Origin: Xanthobacteraceae bacterium
Lineage (GTDB): Bacteria; Pseudomonadota; Alphaproteobacteria; Rhizobiales; Xanthobacteraceae
Assembly (NCBI GenBank): GCA_035311445.1
Contig: DATGCX010000027.1
Span: forward strand, 9,218-73,217
Direction: 5' to 3'
Length of the DNA: 64,000 nt
In this document: piece after piece, positions 49,170 through 58,128 of the stretch
Layout: each line of letters starts with the position of its first letter
Numbering within the stretch: position 1 is the first letter of the stretch
Notes under the pieces: model-generated
The model's database searches: none
The model's input: the letters and a program-made list of their open reading frames with translations, nothing else
What the model was told of the DNA's origin: nothing
Position numbers and translations under genes: made by a program

Positions 49170-49979
49170 TCAAAACAACGACAATTGATTGTTCTTCAGA
49201 TCAGTCACCAGCATGCAGCCGGGAGCATGCGTGATCGCGAACGGTGGCTTGGCGGCCGCGATCGCCGCCTGCGGGGTGACGCCGCACGCCCAGAACACCG
49301 GCAGCTCTCCGGCTTCGATCGGAACGGCATCGCCGTAGTCGGGCTCGCCGAGATCCTCGATTCCGATGGCTTCCGGAAAACCGATATGCACCGGCGCACC
49401 ATGCACAGCTGGTAGCCGTGTGGTCACCTGAATTGCGCGGATTGCGTCGGCCGGCTTCATTGGGCGCATCGATACCACTAGCGGTCCGTGAAAGCGGCCG
49501 GCAGATTGCGTGGCGATGCCGGTACGGTACATCGGAACATTGCATCCGCGTGCAAGATGACGGATGGGAATGTCGTTCTGCAGCAACGCCTCTTCAAATG
49601 AGAACGAACAACCGATGACGAAACTGACGAGGTCGTCGCGCCAGACTGAGATCAGGTCGGTCGGCGAGGTAACGAGCTTGCCGTGCTCCCACACGCGATA
49701 GCGGGGAAGGTCCGTGCGGACGTCAAGGCCGGCGCCGAGCGCCGGCAAGGCCGGGCTTCCGGCATCCGCCACCCCGAGCAGTGGACACGGCTTGGGGTTG
49801 GCCTGGCAGAAACGCAGGAACTCCGCAGCCCAGTCGCCCGGCAATATGGCGAGATTGCCCTGTACGCATCCTGGTGCAAGCCCAGCAGTGGGGCCATCGA
49901 ACCGGCCGGACCGGCATTCGCGTCGGACATCGACGCCGGTTGACATCTGGATTGGGGCCGCAAGATCACTGGATGGCAT
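49170..49979 (-). CDS. DUF1445 / UPF0317 putative hydro-lyase (D-glutamate cyclase family)
   Basis: 269 aa with [36 protein letters not shown] and HGAPVH.G motifs characteristic of the family. GAGGAG upstream. Confidence 0.85.
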   Translation of the reverse strand: MPSSDLAAPIQMSTGVDVRRECRSGRFDGPTAGLAPGCVQGNLAILPGDWAAEFLRFCQANPKPCPLLGVADAGSPALPALGAGLDVRTDLPRYRVWEHGKLVTSPTDLISVWRDDLVSFVIGCSFSFEEALLQNDIPIRHLARGCNVPMYRTGIATQSAGRFHGPLVVSMRPMKPADAIRAIQVTTRLPAVHGAPVHIGFPEAIGIEDLGEPDYGDAVPIEAGELPVFWACGVTPQAAIAAAKPPFAITHAPGCMLVTDLKNNQLSLF

Positions 49980-50081
49980 TGGGTTGACGCTCCTCTTTGC
50001 TGGCCGCCCACCCGGGTATCATCTTCTCCGATCGTGATCTTTGCCAATCGTGGTTTTTTGGGTTTCGATAAGCTCACCTTA

Positions 50082-50180
50082 TCAGGTACCGCACGGGCCT
50101 CGTTCCTGCCTGAACGGCGGTGTGGGCACATCCATGTACGTGCCGCCGCGATCGATCCAGCATTCCTGAGAATTTGCCAT
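50082..50180 (-). pseudogene. 32-codon relic of the N-terminus of a second hydantoinase/oxoprolinase gene
   Basis: My translation MANSQECWIDRGGTYMDVPTPP... parallels [20 protein letters not shown] of the intact gene at 46824. It then terminates. Confidence 0.45.
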
Positions 50181-50263
50181 CGCTGTCCAGCCTCAACAAC
50201 GTCGGTGCGGGCGACTCACCTCTCCAATATCGTCGTCCGGCTTGGTGATCCGGTAACCCGCCG

Positions 50264-50634
50264 AACATCAATGTTTCCATGTATCGCACCAATGTGCGGA
50301 CGACTCCGGCGGGTCGGTTTCACGGACCTCTTGTGGTGTCTATGCGGCCGTTCAAGCCGGCGGACGCCATCCGGGCTGTGCAGATCACATCACGGCTGCC
50401 CACCGTGCACGGCGCGCCTGTGCACATCGGATTTCCGGAAGCTATTGGCATTCGGGATCTTGCCAGGCCGGACTTTGGCGATGCGGTGCCGATCGAACCC
50501 GGCCCGTGTTCTGGGCCTGTGGCGTGACGCCACAAGCCGCCATCGCGGCCGCCCGCCCTCCTTTCGCCATCACACACGCGCCCGGCCGCATGCTGGTGAC
50601 CGATCTCAAGAACGCCCAATTCGCGGCGATCTGA
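50264..50634 (+). pseudogene. inverted partial copy (C-terminal ~45%) of the DUF1445 hydro-lyase gene, with a 7-nt deletion
   Basis: [78 protein letters not shown], then (other frame) [43 protein letters not shown]. By my count 60/75 and 36/43 residues are identical to the intact copy at 49170..49979. Confidence 0.8.
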
Positions 50635-50849
50635 GGGATGTTCTTTGACACTGTGGGCTTCACGCCAAAGATGTATCGCGGCGACCTCCGAAGTGCATCG
50701 TCGCCGCTTCAAACCATGCGACAGGGTGGTCCGTTAACACCCAGCGAGCGCGCCAACGGCCTGCGGTTCTTACCGATTTTTTTCTCCAGATTGAATTAAT
50801 GGGAACCGTCAGCACTCGTGCGTCTAAAATTATTTGATGATGTTTAGAA

Positions 50850-50867
50850 TTATCGTTCTTGCGATAA
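50850..50867. repeat. TTATCG-N6-CGATAA perfect inverted repeat in a low-GC intergenic stretch
   Basis: ttatcgttcttgcgataa. A further gttatcgc half-site lies at 50902-50909. Confidence 0.8.
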
Positions 50868-51104
50868 CACGCATCGCGTGTGCATCTTCCTGGTAAGAAC
50901 TGTTATCGCTCGCATTTGTGCAGCGCACGCCTACTTTAGCAAAATCTTGGTGTTGCCCAGCGAATGGCCGCGAATAGCCGCGGCCCGGACGATATGTAGA
51001 GCTAACGCGTTAAACCGGCAGAGGGCCATATGGGGCTTGGGCAATCCTCGTGGTTCCGGATTTGGAATTTTGGCAGTGCCCGACCTTGGGTGCAGGGGGG
51101 TGCA

Positions 51105-51398
51105 ATGACGTTTGAATTGGCCATCATCAGTGTTCTGGCAGGCATTACCCTCGGTCTGCGGTACAGGGTTTTGATCCTTGTCCCTGCGGTTATCATTGCA
51201 ATGATATTTGCGGTGATCGTCGGAGTTGCGCACGCCGATCGCTTCTGGTCCATCGTCCTGGCGATGGTGATATTCGGGACCGCCGTTCAAATTGGTTATC
51301 TGGCTGGTGTCGTGTTGCGCGTCGCAATCGAATCAATTTGCGCATCCAGCATCGGGGGCCGCAATCCCGAAATCAACTCTGAAGCTGGCCGTACCTAG
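51105..51398 (+). CDS. small membrane protein
   Basis: MTFELAIISVLAGITLGLRYRVLILVPAVIIAMIFAVIVGVAHADRFWSIVLAMVIFGTAVQIGYLAGVVL has three hydrophobic helices. Confidence 0.45.
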   Translation: MTFELAIISVLAGITLGLRYRVLILVPAVIIAMIFAVIVGVAHADRFWSIVLAMVIFGTAVQIGYLAGVVLRVAIESICASSIGGRNPEINSEAGRT

Positions 51399-51550
51399 AG
51401 CCAATTCCGGTCAAGTTGGAGCACCTTCGAGTCGTGGCCGGGCTCGTCCCGGCCACCTCAATTGTTGATGCTCCGTGCTCAAGAATTCGTCGTCGCCGTA
51501 ACAAGCCGGGCGACGACGCCTTAAAATGAAGCTTGTCCCTCGCTTGCCAT

Positions 51551-53080
51551 CTATTGCGCGGCCTCGCCGGCTTCCACTTCAGCGAGCTTGGTGCGCCAGT
51601 CGGCGCGCTTGCGAATGAGGGCGAGGAGCGACAGCAACAGGAGCACCGCCGCAACCAGGAACAGTGCCAGCGCGATCGGGCGCGTGAAGAAGATCGTCCA
51701 ATAGCCGTTTGACATGATGAGCGATTGGCGCAGGCTCAATTCGAAAGTTGGTGAGATCACGAGACCGAGTACGAGCGGTGCTGGGTCAAGACCGAGCTTG
51801 CGCAGGAAATAGCCGAGCACGCCCATGATCAGCATGATCCACACGTCGACAATCGAATTGTTCACCGTATAGACGCCGATCACGCAGAACATGATCACCA
51901 GCGGATAAAGATAGCTGTAGGGAATCCGCAGCACGTTGACGAACAGACCGACCAGCGGCAGGTTGAGCAGGAGCAGCAGGACGTTGCCCACATACATGGA
52001 GGCGACGAAGCCCCAGAAGATGTCCGGGTGCTCGTTGACAAGTTGCGGGCCCGGCTGCACCCCATGGACAATTAGTGCTGCCATCAGCACTGCGGTTACC
52101 GGGCCGGTCGGCAGACCGAGTGCCAGCATTGGCACAAATGCGCCGGTCGAGGCGGAATTATTCGCCGACTCCGGTCCGGCGACGCCCGCCACCGCGCCCT
52201 TGCCAAATTCCTCCGGATGCTTGGAAAGCTTGCGCTCGACCGCGTAGGACAGAAAACTCGAAATGATGTGCGCGGAGCCCGGCGTGAGCCCGATGAGGAA
52301 ACCGAGCACACTGCCGCGAGCGATCGGCCACGCCGATTGCCGCCACTCTTGGCGGTTCGGCAAAAGCTCGCGCAGTTTCGGAGCCATCACCTCGCCGACC
52401 ACACTTGCGCTCGGCGTCGAGAGGATTTCACCAAGCCCGAACAAGCCGACCGCGACCGGCACGATGCCGATGCCGTCGCCGAGTTCGGCGATATCGAATG
52501 AGTAGCGGAAATGCCCGGTGAGATTGTCGATCCCGATCGTCCCCAGCAGCAGCCCGATGGCCGCCATGAGTAATGTGCGTGGCAGCGACGTGGACGACAT
52601 GTAGGCGAGGAAGATGAGGCCGACGACCAGAAGCGCGGTGTATTCGGGGGGGCCGAAGCGCAGTGCGAAAGCCGCAAGCGGCGGGGCGATCGCGGTCAGC
52701 ACCACCACTCCAAAAGTGCCTGCGATCCATGATCCGACTGCCGCGATGCACAGTGCCGCGCCGGCGCGGCCCTTGCGGGCCATGGCGTAGCCGTCGATGC
52801 AGGTCATGACCGAGGAGGCCTCGCCCGGAATCCGCATCAGGATCGAGGTGGTGGAGCCGCCATACTGCGAGCCGTAGTAGATGCCGGCCAGCATGACGAT
52901 CGCCTTGGTGGCGTCGAGCCCGAAAGTGACCGGCAACAGGATGCTGATGCCAGACAGAGGCCCGATGCCCGGCAACACCCCGACCAGTGTGCCGACGAGG
53001 CAGCCGAGAAAGCCGTACCACAGCACGTCCGGCCGCAACGCGACAGAAAATCCGAGCATCAGGCTGTCGAGGGTTTCCAC
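51551..53080 (-). CDS. tctA: tripartite tricarboxylate transporter large permease TctA
   Basis: 509 aa. GFLGCLVGTLVGVLPGIGP...YGGSTTSILMRIPGE is typical of TctA. Confidence 0.9.
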   Translation of the reverse strand: METLDSLMLGFSVALRPDVLWYGFLGCLVGTLVGVLPGIGPLSGISILLPVTFGLDATKAIVMLAGIYYGSQYGGSTTSILMRIPGEASSVMTCIDGYAMARKGRAGAALCIAAVGSWIAGTFGVVVLTAIAPPLAAFALRFGPPEYTALLVVGLIFLAYMSSTSLPRTLLMAAIGLLLGTIGIDNLTGHFRYSFDIAELGDGIGIVPVAVGLFGLGEILSTPSASVVGEVMAPKLRELLPNRQEWRQSAWPIARGSVLGFLIGLTPGSAHIISSFLSYAVERKLSKHPEEFGKGAVAGVAGPESANNSASTGAFVPMLALGLPTGPVTAVLMAALIVHGVQPGPQLVNEHPDIFWGFVASMYVGNVLLLLLNLPLVGLFVNVLRIPYSYLYPLVIMFCVIGVYTVNNSIVDVWIMLIMGVLGYFLRKLGLDPAPLVLGLVISPTFELSLRQSLIMSNGYWTIFFTRPIALALFLVAAVLLLLSLLALIRKRADWRTKLAEVEAGEAAQ

Positions 53081-53083
53081 CGT

Positions 53084-53527
53084 TCAGAACCCCAGAACAC
53101 CCTGCTCGAGCGGCGATTTGAGGATGACGGTGAAAAGCCCGTAGGTCATCAGGCTGATGCCGATGCTGTAGGCTGCGGCAGCGAGCAGGTTCCGGCCTTC
53201 AAGTGCGATCAGGGCGAACAGCATCAGCGACATCGTCACGATGAAACCGAGCGTCGTGTAGAGCGCAACCGCTGCTGCGGTAATCGCCAGCACCCGGATC
53301 GCGTGGGGCAGGTCGCTCCAGTCGATCTCGGAAAACGGCGCGGTCGTGCCTCCACGTGCGACCAGGATCGCGCCCAACACGATCATCAGGGCGCAAACGA
53401 GCTTCGGCATCATGCCGGCGCCAGGAAATGCAAGCGTGCCGAACGGCAGGTCGCCGCTCACCGCCAGCACGGCAAGCGCAGCCGCTATAGCGGCGCCCCC
53501 GGCGACATGGTCAGCACGCAGGGTCAT
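53084..53527 (-). CDS. tctB: tripartite tricarboxylate transporter small subunit TctB
   Basis: 147-aa four-helix protein immediately upstream of tctA. Confidence 0.8.
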   Translation of the reverse strand: MTLRADHVAGGAAIAAALAVLAVSGDLPFGTLAFPGAGMMPKLVCALMIVLGAILVARGGTTAPFSEIDWSDLPHAIRVLAITAAAVALYTTLGFIVTMSLMLFALIALEGRNLLAAAAYSIGISLMTYGLFTVILKSPLEQGVLGF

Positions 53528-53562
53528 GGTGCTCCTAGCTTTCCTACATACCGGGGCTTCTT

Positions 53563-53685
53563 ATCCCTCCCCGTCTTCGGGGAGGGTGGCGCCATAGGCG
53601 CCGGGTGGGGTTGGATGCAGCACGGTCAAGGATTCCCCACCCGGCCGCGCTTCGCGCGTCCACCCTCCCCGAAGACGGGGAGGGA
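53563..53685. repeat. 123-nt MITE-like nested palindrome with ~27-nt terminal inverted repeats (family C)
   Basis: Left end atccctccccgtcttcggggagggtggc. The right end gtccaccctccccgaagacggggagggat is its reverse complement. Inner inverted repeat gccgggtgggg...ccccacccggc. It lies between tctC and tctB. Confidence 0.85.
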
Positions 53686-53687
53686 TC

Positions 53688-54668
53688 TCACCCCTCGACC
53701 CGTCCGATCGAGCGGATCGCTTCTTCAACGCGCCTGGCATCGGTGTCCCAGAAGGCGCGAAACTCAGGTTGATCGAGATAATCGACGTCCTGGCCGATGT
53801 TCGCCATCAACTCCTTGAATTTGGGGGTCATCACTGCGGCGCGGGTGAAGTCACGGATCTTGGTCACGATGGGCTCTGGCGTGCCCTTGGGAGCGAACAG
53901 GCCGACCCACAGGTAGAACTCGAGGTCATAACCGAGTTCCTTCATGGTCGGTACGTTGGGTAGTGCGTGGGAGCGCTGCGCCCCGAATGAGGCGAGCGCC
54001 CGTGCCTTGCCGCCTTTGATTTGGCCGAGGCAGGCGGCAATCGAGGATACGAGCACCTGCGAATTATTGCCGATCAGCGCGGTGAGTGCCGGGCCGCCGC
54101 CGTTGGTCGGCAGATGGCGCAACTTGATGCCGGTCGCCTTGAGGTAAAGCGCCATCGGCAGATGCAGGGCGCCATAAAGACCGGATGAAGAGAAGATGAT
54201 CTCGTTCGGCCGCTTCATAGCGTCGTCGGTGAATTCCTTCAAAGTCCTGTATGGCGTCTGGTCGTTGACGATCAGCACGCACGGATCGGCAATGAAGCGC
54301 GCAATCGGAATGAAGTCGGCACGGGAAAACTTCGGCTGCCGGCCGAACAGCTTGTCCACCTCGGGAAAGCCCGAAATTGAAACGATGTGTAGCAGCAGTG
54401 TGTAGCCATCGGGCTTCGCGTTAGCGGCGACCTGCGCCCCGACCGCGCCCGCCGCGCCCGCCTTGGTATCGATCACGGCAGGCTGCTTGATGATCGGCTC
54501 AAGCACTGCAGCAAACGGGCGTCCCACCACGTCAGCGGCGCCGCCGGGCGGAAACGGATTGATAAATGTAATCGCGCGGGACGGATAATTGGCGGCGTCC
54601 TGGGCGAAGCTCGCCGTCGGCAGGAGGGTCGCCGCGGCCGAGCCAATGACGAAGCTGCGTCTGTCCAT
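53688..54668 (-). CDS. tctC: tripartite tricarboxylate transporter substrate-binding protein TctC (Bug family)
   Basis: Tat-like signal MDRRSFVIGSAAATLLPTASFA, then YPSRAITFINPFPPGGAADVVGRP, the Bug-family signature. Confidence 0.9.
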   Translation of the reverse strand: MDRRSFVIGSAAATLLPTASFAQDAANYPSRAITFINPFPPGGAADVVGRPFAAVLEPIIKQPAVIDTKAGAAGAVGAQVAANAKPDGYTLLLHIVSISGFPEVDKLFGRQPKFSRADFIPIARFIADPCVLIVNDQTPYRTLKEFTDDAMKRPNEIIFSSSGLYGALHLPMALYLKATGIKLRHLPTNGGGPALTALIGNNSQVLVSSIAACLGQIKGGKARALASFGAQRSHALPNVPTMKELGYDLEFYLWVGLFAPKGTPEPIVTKIRDFTRAAVMTPKFKELMANIGQDVDYLDQPEFRAFWDTDARRVEEAIRSIGRVEG

Positions 54669-54762
54669 GATGGTCTCCCGAAAGATCCGACAGTAGCCAC
54701 GAGGGAACTGCCCGGCAACTCGGCGGGTTGCCGCGGCGTAGTTGGGCGAGGATACGGCAACC

Positions 54763-55131
54763 CTATGAGCTTGACGGCATCAGCGTGCCCGGATGGAACC
54801 TGATGGCCGCCCAGACGGCGAGTACAACAAAGATCACGAGCGCAGCACCCTGCGCCGCAGCGAACGGCGGCTCTGAGCCTGTCGGAGCCAGGGCGGTCAA
54901 GGGCGGGACATGCTTGAATGCCTGCACGATCCCGACGAAAACATCAAAATAGAGGCTGACGACGACGCCGACCACGTAGATCGGTCGCCACGCTCCCGAC
55001 AGGTCGAAACCATAGTAGGCGAGCATGGTGAGCGCCAGCACCACGATCGCCAGTGCCGCAACTCCGTGGGACGGTAGGACTGGAAACTTGAAATCTGGGG
55101 AAATGCTGCAGGTGGTGAAGCGGCATGGCAT
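54763..55131 (-). CDS. hypothetical membrane protein
   Basis: 122 aa with three hydrophobic helices. GAGGAG lies upstream of ATG 55131. Confidence 0.5.
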   Translation of the reverse strand: MPCRFTTCSISPDFKFPVLPSHGVAALAIVVLALTMLAYYGFDLSGAWRPIYVVGVVVSLYFDVFVGIVQAFKHVPPLTALAPTGSEPPFAAAQGAALVIFVVLAVWAAIRFHPGTLMPSSS

Positions 55132-55259
55132 TGCTCCTCAGTGATCCGGATCGCGCCTTCTGCGTTAGGTTAGTCCACGTTAACACAAATCCGCGTTTCC
55201 GATTTTGCCTAACAAATTTGATCCGCTTAGAGCATTTTCCGATAACGTTGAGCGAGTGT

Positions 55260-55290
55260 CTTCACCTCTCCCCGGAGGGGAGAAGTGAAG
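55260..55290. repeat. single REP-like hairpin (family-B arm)
   Basis: cttcacctctcccc gga ggggagaagtgaag, with one mismatch in a 14-bp stem. Confidence 0.8.
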
Positions 55291-55399
55291 GGCAACGGGG
55301 CAACGTCTTCGATTCAACCATATCGAAATCTGCTCTAAGTTCGTCCAACGGCGCCGCTAAGCCCAGTTGGCGCAGGAATTGGACGCATGAGGAGGTTGC

Positions 55400-55735
55400 A
55401 TGCCCGCCTATTGGGTGGCGCGTTCGCGCATCATCGATCCGATCGAATACAAGAAGTATACCGATCGCATCCCCGCCATCTTCGCCAAATATGGCGGCCG
55501 CGTGCTCGCCCGCGGCGGGCGCTTCCAGATCATGGAGGGGCCCGAAAAATTCCATCGCTTCGTGGTGGTGGAATTCGACACCTTGGAGCGGGGCGTCGCG
55601 TGCTTTCAATCGTCTGAGTACGAAGAAGCTGCCGCATTCCGCCGCAACGGGGCGGGGGAGGTCGAGACCATCGTGGTGGAAGGCGGCGATGCCACGGCCC
55701 CGTCTCTACCCTCGCCCGCAAGCGGGCGAGGGTAA
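55400..55735 (+). CDS. DUF1330 domain protein with a repeat-derived C-terminal tail
   Basis: MPAYWVARSRIIDPIEYKKYTDRIPAIFAKYGGRVLARGG...EGPEKFHRFVVVEFDTLERGVACFQSSEYEEA matches DUF1330. GAGGAGG upstream. The last 16 codons run into a hairpin repeat. Confidence 0.8.
   Translation: MPAYWVARSRIIDPIEYKKYTDRIPAIFAKYGGRVLARGGRFQIMEGPEKFHRFVVVEFDTLERGVACFQSSEYEEAAAFRRNGAGEVETIVVEGGDATAPSLPSPASGRG
55707..55734. repeat. 13-bp-stem hairpin overlapping the 3' end of the DUF1330 CDS
   Basis: taccctcgcccgc aa gcgggcgagggta. Confidence 0.85.
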
Positions 55736-55757
55736 GGAGGGGGCTGCGTCGATTAGT

Positions 55758-55925
55758 CGAGCCGCGAAACTCCCTCCTCCCTTGTGGGGGAGGGTCGGGG
55801 AGTTGTGGCATCGATAGACCCCATTCTACGCCCCCAAACCCCGCCCCCCCTCCAGCCCCCTCCCCACAAGGGGCCCACAAAGGGAGGGGAGCCGCTACCG
55901 GCGCTGTTACAGCTAAAGTTAGCGC
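55758..55925 (-). repeat. family-A ~165-nt nested palindromic element (inverted relative to the 61561-61720 copy)
   Basis: cgagccgcgaaactccctcctcccttgtgggggagggtcggggagttgtggcatcgat...ccctccccacaagggg...gggaggggagccgctaccggcgctgttacagctaaagttagcgc aligns end to end by eye with the reverse complement of 61561-61720. Confidence 0.8.
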
Positions 55926-56069
55926 CTCACGGGACAAGCCCCGGCCACGACTCGAGAGATGCCGGGTGCTTCAACATGACCGGAATCCACTGTGGCGCGC
56001 AGCTTTCGAATGGCCCTAATATGCCGTGAACACAACGCCATTTGCGAACAGTTCAACGGAGGAAACGAC

Positions 56070-57332
56070 ATGCGCTTCACGCTCACATCGGCTCTCGCGG
56101 CGGCAGCCGTAGTAACCGCATTGGCGGGTCTTGCCGGCGGCGCGGCGGCACAGTCAGGCGAGCCGATCAAGATCGGCTTCAGCATGGCGATGACGGGGGG
56201 CCTTGCGGCTAATGGCAAGTCCGCACTTCTCGCGCAGAAGATCTGGGAAGAGGACGTCAATGCCAAGGGCGGGCTGCTTGGTCGGCCAGTCAAGCTCATC
56301 TACTACGACGACCAGAGCAATCCCTCGACAGTGCCGGGCATCTATACCAAGCTGCTCGATGTTGACAAAGTCGACCTCATCATCGGTCCCTATGCGACCG
56401 CGCAGATGGCACCGGCGATGCCGATTGTCATTCAGCGCAACAAGGTGTTCGTCACCCTGCTCGGGCTCGCCGTGAACGAAGAGTTCAAGTACCCGAACTA
56501 TTTCGCCATGATCCCATCCGGTCCGAATGCGAAGTCTGCCTTCACCAAGGGCTTTTTCGATCTTGCCGCAGCACAGAATCCGAAGCCGCAGACGGTCGCG
56601 ATCGTGGCGGCCGATCAGGAATTCTCGCGCAATGCGTCGGATGGCGCCCGGGAGAATGCCAAAACGGCCGGGCTGAAAGTCGTCTACGACAGGACTTATC
56701 CCCCCACCACCACCGATTTTGCGCCCATCGTGCGTGCGATCCAGGCAACCAATCCGGACCTGCTCGTGATTTGCTCCTATCCGCCCGATTCGGTGGGCAT
56801 GGTGCGGGCCATCAACGAAATCGGCTTCAAGCCGAAAATGATGGGCGGCGGCATGGTCGGCCTGCAGGCGACGGCGCTCAAGGCGCAACTCGGCCCCATG
56901 CTCAACGGCTTGGTCAATTACGATTTCTGGCTGCCGGTGCCGAAGATGCAGTTTGCCGGTGTCAACGAATTGATCAAGAAGTATCAGGCAAGAGCGACGG
57001 CCGAGGGCGTCGACGCGCTCGGCTATTACATGGCGCCGTTTGGCTACGCACAGCTTCAGGTGCTGCAGCAGGCCATCGAGGTGACCAAGAGCCTCGATGA
57101 CAAGAAGCTCGCCGACTACATCCGGGCCAACACGTTCAAAACCGTGGCTGGCGACGTCAAGTTCGGCAAGGACGGCGAATGGGCGCAGTCGCGGGTGCTG
57201 CAAATCCAGTTTCACGACGTGAAGAGTAACGATGTCGAGCAGTTCCGCGCCATAAACACCCAGACCGTGGTGGCGCCCGACGAATACAAGTCCGGCAATG
57301 TGATCTATCCGTATGAGAAGGCGAAGAACTGA
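56070..57332 (+). CDS. branched-chain amino-acid-type ABC substrate-binding protein (LivJ/LivK-like)
   Basis: ATG 56070 with GGAGGA upstream. Signal MRFTLTSALAAAAVVTALAGLAGGAAA, then EPIKIGFSMAMTGGLAANGK. Confidence 0.9.
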   Translation: MRFTLTSALAAAAVVTALAGLAGGAAAQSGEPIKIGFSMAMTGGLAANGKSALLAQKIWEEDVNAKGGLLGRPVKLIYYDDQSNPSTVPGIYTKLLDVDKVDLIIGPYATAQMAPAMPIVIQRNKVFVTLLGLAVNEEFKYPNYFAMIPSGPNAKSAFTKGFFDLAAAQNPKPQTVAIVAADQEFSRNASDGARENAKTAGLKVVYDRTYPPTTTDFAPIVRAIQATNPDLLVICSYPPDSVGMVRAINEIGFKPKMMGGGMVGLQATALKAQLGPMLNGLVNYDFWLPVPKMQFAGVNELIKKYQARATAEGVDALGYYMAPFGYAQLQVLQQAIEVTKSLDDKKLADYIRANTFKTVAGDVKFGKDGEWAQSRVLQIQFHDVKSNDVEQFRAINTQTVVAPDEYKSGNVIYPYEKAKN

Positions 57333-57402
57333 TCTGGTCTTCAACCGGGCGGCGGACGGGGTTTACTTCCCCCCGTTTGGTTTCACTCCGTACTGAGATC
57401 GA

Positions 57403-57444
57403 GAGTCGCCGTGGTGCAGCACCGCCACGGCGACTCGCTTTGTT
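57403..57444 (+). terminator. intrinsic terminator after the LivJ-like gene
   Basis: gagtcgccgtgg...ccacggcgactc (12-bp stem) followed by gctttgtt. Confidence 0.6.
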
Positions 57445-57472
57445 CCGAGGTCCATTCCCGAAATCCCTTTCG

Positions 57473-57787
57473 TCATGCCGTGGTGAGTGTGGGGATTTTC
57501 TCGATCTCGTGTGCAAGTTCCTGTTCGGCCACCTCGAGATCGAAAGCGCGCTGCATATTGATCCACAGCTCAGGACCGTTGCCGCAAAGTTTGCCGATGC
57601 GCAGCGCCATCGCCGGCGTGATCGGCTGCTTCTCGGCAAGGATATCGTAAAGCGTCTGACGCGAGACGCCGAGCAGACGCGCGATCTCTGCCTTGGGCTT
57701 GCCGAGCGCCGGCAGCACATCTTCGCGCAACCACTCGCCCGGATGCATACGCGGCAGTCCACGGAGAGGATTCTTGGGGGTCATCAA
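57473..57787 (-). CDS. higA: HigA-family antitoxin (XRE-type HTH)
   Basis: PLRGLPRMHPGEWLREDVLPALGKPKAEIARLLGVSRQTLYDILAEKQPITPAMALRIGKLCGNGPELWINMQ is the HigA antidote signature. The start is TTG 57787 or ATG 57784, overlapping the higB stop. Confidence 0.85.
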   Translation of the reverse strand: MMTPKNPLRGLPRMHPGEWLREDVLPALGKPKAEIARLLGVSRQTLYDILAEKQPITPAMALRIGKLCGNGPELWINMQRAFDLEVAEQELAHEIEKIPTLTTA

Positions 57788-58062
57788 TGGTAGTCCTCCA
57801 GGTCAACGTCAGTTGCGTCTGTGTCGTCCCAACCGAATGGGATTCGCCAACAGCCGCTTGCGTCAACTGCGTACCGCTCCTTGTCCCGGCCTTTGAGCGG
57901 GTGAAATCGATAGCCTGGAATGTTCATTTGCTCCGGCTTTTTGGCCTCGTTGAGCGCGCGCAAAATGCGACGCACGCGATCGACATTGGGAACACTCAAC
58001 TTCGAAGCGTCGCCCGTCTCCGCGTAGCGTTTCAGGGCTTTGGAGCGGAACGACCGGATCAT
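57784..58062 (-). CDS. higB: HigB-family toxin (RelE/ParE superfamily)
   Basis: MIRSFRSKALKRYAETGDASKL......RVRRILRALN.A....QMNIPGYRFHPLKGRDKERYAV.ASGCWRI.F matches HigB. Confidence 0.85.
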   Translation of the reverse strand: MIRSFRSKALKRYAETGDASKLSVPNVDRVRRILRALNEAKKPEQMNIPGYRFHPLKGRDKERYAVDASGCWRIPFGWDDTDATDVDLEDYH

Positions 58063-58128
58063 GCGCCATTGTAAGGCAACTCCGACACTGTGTCAACAAC
58101 TGGATGACATCGCGTCGCAAAACGTTCC

